Positions 58,006-64,000 of a DNA stretch of 64,000 bases are shown in pieces. Source of the DNA: Tubulanus polymorphus (Eukaryota; Animalia; Nemertea); the NCBI RefSeq assembly GCF_964204645.1, contig NC_134026.1, positions 24,896,150-24,960,149 on the forward strand, read 5' to 3'. Below the pieces are notes generated by a model, which had not been told where the DNA came from, ran no database searches, and saw nothing but the letters and a program-made list of their open reading frames with translations. Within the stretch, counting starts at the first letter, position 1. Each line of letters starts with the position of its first letter. The position numbers were made by a program, and so were the translations under genes.

Positions 58006-60227
58006 ATGTCGGTCTTAGAAGCACTGAAAGGGAATGTAATAGACGGATCAGGAAAAGCTGTTGATATTGCCGCATTTGTGGGAGAAGGGACGGTATTTGG
58101 ACTGTATTTCTCAGCACATTGGTGCCCGCCTTGTAGGAAATTCACCCCAGCATTGGCTGCGTTCCACCAGATGTTTAAAAAAGACAAGCCGGATAAACAG
58201 TTCGAAATAATATTTGTCAGCTCAGATAGGAATGAGAATGATTTTAAAAGCTATTATTCAACCATGCCCTGGCTTGCGTTGCGATATGAATGCCGCCAAA
58301 CAAAGGTACGTATATATGTATATGAACGTCAATTCCAAGCGTGGTATATACCGTAGTACGTCAAAATTGTCCGGAGTCCAGACGAAAATTATTCAAATAA
58401 AATGATACCTTTTTATCTTATATAAACTTACTTAAATCTTTTTATAGGACACACTGAGTCGCAAGTTCAAGGTGACCGGTATTCCTGCTTTGATATTATT
58501 TAACGGTGCAGATGGATCAGTGATAAATACAAGTGCACGGTCCATAGTTTTTGATGATCCTCAAGGAAAACTTTATCCATGGAAGCCCCCAACTTATAGT
58601 GGATTAATTAAAGGGAATCTCATAAAAAGCGATAAAACATCCGTCGAAAGTACTTCTATTAAAGGCAAAGTCAAGCTACTTTATTTTTCAGCGCATTGGG
58701 TATGGATCAACCAATTTGTTGAGTAGAGGTATAATACGTTCATAATTTATACTTATGCACACGGTCTCATGATTATTTTTAGTGTCCACCGTGTAAGGCA
58801 TTTACCCCCAATCTGGTTACTTTCTACAACAAATTGAAGAAAACAAACGATAATTTCGAGGTCATATTCATAACTAGTGATCGCGACGACGATTCATTTA
58901 AAGAATATCTTTCGACCATGCCCTGGCTCGCTATTCCGTTCGGTGACGGGAGAATCGGTCAATTGGAATCATTGTTTGAAATCAGTGGTATGTAAGTTAA
59001 TGTTTTAGTCTCATGTTTCTACAAGTTGTTGGAAAACGATAATTTTCTAAAACAAGAAAACCGAATCCTAAATGAATTATGAACATCTTGCTTAAATCGT
59101 GTTTATTGACCCGACAATGAAATAGTGTATACTGATAGAATAACACTGGGAATGATCTGCTGTACCATAGATTACTATATCTGAAAGTTGAAATTTTATT
59201 CTAGGTTCATATCTTCATTACTCCGATGCACCATGATAGTTGATTTGTCACTATCATTATATCATTATCTATAAGATGACATCATCAATCTATAGTTGTT
59301 CTGGACACGAAACATACAAATGGTCAGATTATCTTATCTAATCAGTACGCAGCTGTTTCGATGGACTCGACGAAATTTTATGAATTTTGGAAAATATATT
59401 CACATATGCAAAATAATCGTTTTCTTTCACTGAAACTTTCAAGGTATTCCATCTCTGATCGTCCTTGATGAAAATGATAAAGTTATAACAGAATCTGGTA
59501 GATCAATGGTCGACTATGATCCCGAGGCCAAGGCACGTAGAATGATATGAGTGATATAAGCACAATCGACTGATATTCTCTTCCAAGCCGTCGGATTTTG
59601 TTTCATATTTGATAAATTCTCCGTAACTTGTTTACTTTACAGTTATTCCCTTGGCGCCCGCAACCGATTGAACCACTGGATAGCTCAGCGGCTGCAAATA
59701 CTGTAAACAATGAAACTTGCGTTGTATATTTCACTGGTAAAGACGTCGACGCTTTCTTATGCTCGGTTGATTCTATCATTTGTAAAAATCACTATTGATG
59801 AATGAAATCGATGATGATATTTTCCAGATGGGACTGATGATGGTATCGGTCAAGCCAAGGCCGCAATGAAGGACATTGCCCGTGAGCAACTTGCGAAGGG
59901 TGATGAACAAGAGCTGTATTTCCTATATGCAACCGTGAGTATATATTCCATAATTCCTACCCACATGAGCGCACTATGATGCAATATAACATTTGTACAT
60001 GAGTTTCATTTGTTGTTCACTATTTTTGTTTTTAGGGCAAGGGCATAGCCCAAGATTTTAAGGAATTCATAGGGCATAAACAGGATCACCCATCACTCGT
60101 CATTGTAAGCGTTCCTGATAGGAGAATGTACGTTTGCGATAAAGAAAATCTTTCGAAAGATATTGTTGAATCGTTTATACGCGACTATCTGGCAGGGAAT
60201 CTGACAGCTCTATATTTTGGTCAATAG
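58006..60227 (+). CDS. NXN: Nucleoredoxin-like thioredoxin (two WCPPC domains plus a C-terminal b'-like domain); 7 exons
   Basis: GLYFSAHWCPPCRKFTP..FEIIFVSSDR..MPWLAL; LLYFSAHW|CPPCKAFTP..FEVIFITSDR..MPWLAIPF; GIPSLIVLD..FPWRP. TAG at 60225-60227. Confidence 0.88.
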
Positions 60228-60606
60228 ATAGGGCCTTTTGAAAAAAGTCTGTCATCATTTTAGTTTACTATGTAATGTACATTAGGGGGAGTGGGGTAGA
60301 AAAAAATGTACGTACTTTCCTCATGGGGATGCACGTATTTTGTGGATGAGACGTATCTTAAAGCACGTCAAAAACTACCTGATGTAAAAACAAATTACAG
60401 TGCGCATATATCAAAACACAGCTTAACCTACAGTGAAAGCGTAGGTCGCGTCTTGATGTCGGATTTAATACTTTTCGGATCACCATCACCGTAATAAGCG
60501 TTTCTACATTATACTGGCTATTGCCGGGTTAACAAAAACATGATTGAAGAAAATCTGCTGAGCAATATATGAATGTTTAGATATAATTTTGTAGCTTATT
60601 CTTATT

Positions 60607-63600
60607 TTATTGGCAATTATATGAACCGGCTTTGTTCACACATTTGGTACCATCGTAACATTGCTCTGTGTTGAGGCATTCATCCACATCTGCAAGAAAA
60701 GGTATATACTGTATCCTTAGTGAACCGACCTAACGATTCGCTTACGGTTGATGATTTGAATCAATTTGAAAAAGCTTACCATTACATCGTCCCTTGAAAT
60801 TAAAGTATCCGAAATGGCACTGGATATCTGTAAATACATTAAGGATAAATCTGATTCTAAAAAAACACGATTGAAAGACGGCAAAATGCATACCTGCTGT
60901 CAAATAAGCTGTAACCTCTGCTGCTATAACCTCAATTGATGTGTTACTGTTAAATATATGAGGTATATAGATCAAGTGTTGGTCAGGTATGACCTTTTCG
61001 ACAACGTCATCTTCAACCTGATATACAAGCGCATAAAGTCGTATTTCATCCTTTGCCAAATCTGTTATTGCGTCTAGGGTTGGAACCCTTTCCGTTGCTA
61101 CACCCGTTCCAATAAGTACCAATGACTTGGTCGCTACTGAAGGACGAGGATCTGTCCTAAACAGTTTATTCCTAGCATAGTTAATAGCCTCATGTACAAC
61201 AGGCTTTCCATTTCGCCAGGACCAAGTTTTAGTTGCATCGAGAACGCACTGTGTATCATCGCAATCGGCAAATCCAACTGGACTTGTCACCTGGTCAGAA
61301 TATATAGCTACTGCTATGTGGATGTAATGTGGATGTATAAAGAATCGTTTTACAACTTGTTGGAATAACCTCAACATTTGTGGAAAGTCTTTTTCGTTAA
61401 CAGCGTTTGAACCATCTAGAAGTACCACCACATCGGCAACAGCCATTTCTAATATGAAATTAGATGTATTAGATCAAATGCCTTTGCGGTCAAAACATCT
61501 ATTCTTTAAATGCTCATGATTTAGCGAACATACCATGACAAGTGATATCTTTACTCTTACAAGGGCAAGCAAAAGTGCCTCCAAGATTTTTACATTCGCC
61601 ACCGTTCACACAAGGATTTTTTGCACCACACTCATCCACATCTTTAAAGAAAATGGTTATTAAATTTATATACGCGAAGACTTCTAATTGTGTTTTCGGG
61701 GCTGGGATGAAATACACTTCGTACCAACACATTTGCCCGCCACACTGTGATATCCAAATTGGCAATGGGAATCTGGAAATTCAAGAAAGATTGTTGATTT
61801 TCTTATACAAATCAATAAAATTGGGACAAATTTACTGGATTCCTACCATCGACTACTCGTCTTGAAAGTTGGAGAGCATAAGCATCGAAGTGCTTTGTTT
61901 TAAGTCCCGATGTACCAAGTTTGATACCCTGTCCAGGTGGTAGTATAGTGTTTATGAAATCGTGTACACCGCCCAAGGATACCGCATACACGCGTATTTT
62001 ATCCAAAAACAGTCTCATATAATGCCCATGAGTCACCAGTCTGTCAGTAGTTTCACCGCTTGTCAGCGCGACAACTGCTTTGGGTACACCGAAACGCGTT
62101 GTCGGTCCAAGAAGAAGGATATCGGCATCCTCGAAAGCTTTGCAAAAACGTGCGCTGTTGTTTGTCCATTGCCAACCAGCATTATCGATAGCTTGTGCGA
62201 TTTCGTGCGAGTTCGTGTATTTATCGAAGGTAACTATTTGAGTAACATTATCATTGACACCGGATACTGATATGCGCACGTAACGAGGATGTGCAGCTAA
62301 TCGAAGAACTATTTGCTTCAGAAGAATGACGAGTTTCGAAAATTCTGTCTGACTTGTTCCATTTGACAAATCCATATATATCGCCACGTCAACTTGGGCT
62401 ACTTCTGTAATTCCAAGGAAATTTTACTTCATTATGAAATTACCGGGAAGATAAGAATCGTTGAATTCGATTCGATATTCTACAAATCATAATTTTGAAC
62501 CTTCGAGTAGACTCACCCACGCAATTAATTGAATTGAATGGACACGGACACAAGTGACCGCCATCAGTATTCACGCAAGTTCCTCCGTACAAACATGGAT
62601 TCTTTATTTCCGAACATTCATCTATATCTATGAATGATCAAAACAAAATTATTGGTTACGATTGAATTTTTCGTCAATCATTGTTCGTGGATCATTGATG
62701 TTATTGTTGAAGACATTCACCTGTGCAAGCATTGTTGTGTTTAAAGGGAAGGAAGTATCCTTTTTTACAGAATGCGTCTAAAATAAAGAATGTAGATTTA
62801 TCAATAGCAATCGTAATTCACCATTTATGGTTTTTACTGAAGCGAAACTTGCTTATTCACCTTCCACCACCTGCCAGACAATTGTCCTGATAGTATTATC
62901 AATTTCCTTGTCATTCGAAGGGGTTGGTGGCATGACCAGTTGGCTGGCATTGTTGACTACTTGAGAAATGAATTCGTTCGGAGGGTTGTATGTAATTGAA
63001 TAAACTCTTATCTCATCGAACAAGATATGTTGCAGAGCTGTGATCGCTTTTTCATTATTGCTATGTTTCCCCTGACCTATGTAGATTATAACATCGTTAC
63101 GGTCATTCCGTCCACCGGGTCCTTGCAGGACCCTTTTATGAACGAAATCCAGGACCTTCCATAACTTTGGTTGTTTTGTTGTCTTGGACCACTGCTGTGA
63201 ATCCATGGCCGATATAATACAGTCAGTGTTTGAACAGGTATTCAAATAGCTGGCAACGTAGACTTCATCGTCGTAGGCGACGACGGCGACGCGTATAAAT
63301 TTCGGGTGGATAAAAAATCGTTCAACAACGGCTTTTGTAACTTTGTAAGCCACTTTCCACTCGCCTTTCGTATTTGGCATTGATGCCGACCTGTCGAGAA
63401 TGATCGCTACGTCAATATGCGCCATACCTGAAATTGTAAATCCAGCTTACAAAAGTCTGATAGTAAATCTACTATCTACGAAATACATGTACATCAAAAT
63501 AATTGAATGCAAAGACACGACAGCTTAGACTATCATTAGAGATAATCGTCAGGAGGACATACACAAGAACTCCAATATACTTATGGTAGTATCCTGTATA

Positions 63601-63978
63601 TTCTGTTGATATGGCTCATAAGAAAAAACACACTTTTCGTTTTAAAGAGACGTTACATTAAATGGAGATTGAGAGTCGTATTTCATTATATGGCCTGAAA
63701 CGGCCACCATAGTTTCCAATTACCCACGCATCTTTGATCGGCTTTTTCACAGTGACAGTGGTGTCGCCCTCGTCTATTCGAGCAATGACCGTAGTTTAGA
63801 CAAGGTTTAGCATTCAAACATTCATCAATATCTAAAACAGATGTAGAGTTTTCATTTAGTTTTCGGAGATGAAATCACATATCATTGTGTATGATCTATA
63901 ATATGAAATCTGATTACATACCAACACACTTTGACTTATCTTCAACCCAGTGGAGTCCATAGTCACATTCTTTTACAT
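60607..63978 (-). CDS. Extracellular VWA/cbEGF repeat protein (matrilin/collagen VI-like modules); 5' part lies beyond the window
   Basis: Three ~185 aa VWA exons ([33 protein letters not shown]) alternate with short C-x2-G-Y-C exons and cbEGF exons (DIDEC, DVDEC). TAA at 60607-60609. Confidence 0.88.
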
Positions 63979-64000
63979 CTGGAAATGAACAAAAATTCTA

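Overview
This is AT-rich eukaryotic (metazoan) genomic DNA with compact genes and many 60-120 nt GT-AG introns. It most resembles a spiralian/lophotrochozoan invertebrate, which is an inference. Bases 1-34 kb are gene-dense: TAB1(+), PRKRIP1(+), HEATR6(-) with an intronless GPCR nested antisense in one intron, a second intronless GPCR(+), intron-rich LIG4(-), SYNRG(-) head-to-head with MRM1(+), and a type-I membrane protein with a PLAT-TSP1x3-LDLa-TM architecture(-). Bases 35-38 kb hold one or two small candidate peptide-precursor genes(-). Bases 38-55 kb are largely non-coding, with a ~200 nt fold-back and a decayed 5'-truncated CR1/L2-group LINE. The end of the window has a multi-pass membrane protein(+), a nucleoredoxin with two WCPPC sites and a GC-AG intron(+), and a 5'-incomplete VWA/EGF repeat gene(-). 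The best leads are the TAB1 that keeps the PP2C metal-binding aspartates lost in the vertebrate pseudophosphatase, the PLAT-TSP1-LDLa receptor, the peptide-precursor candidates and the G:U-rich hairpin. Exon boundaries were read by eye and may be off by a few bases.
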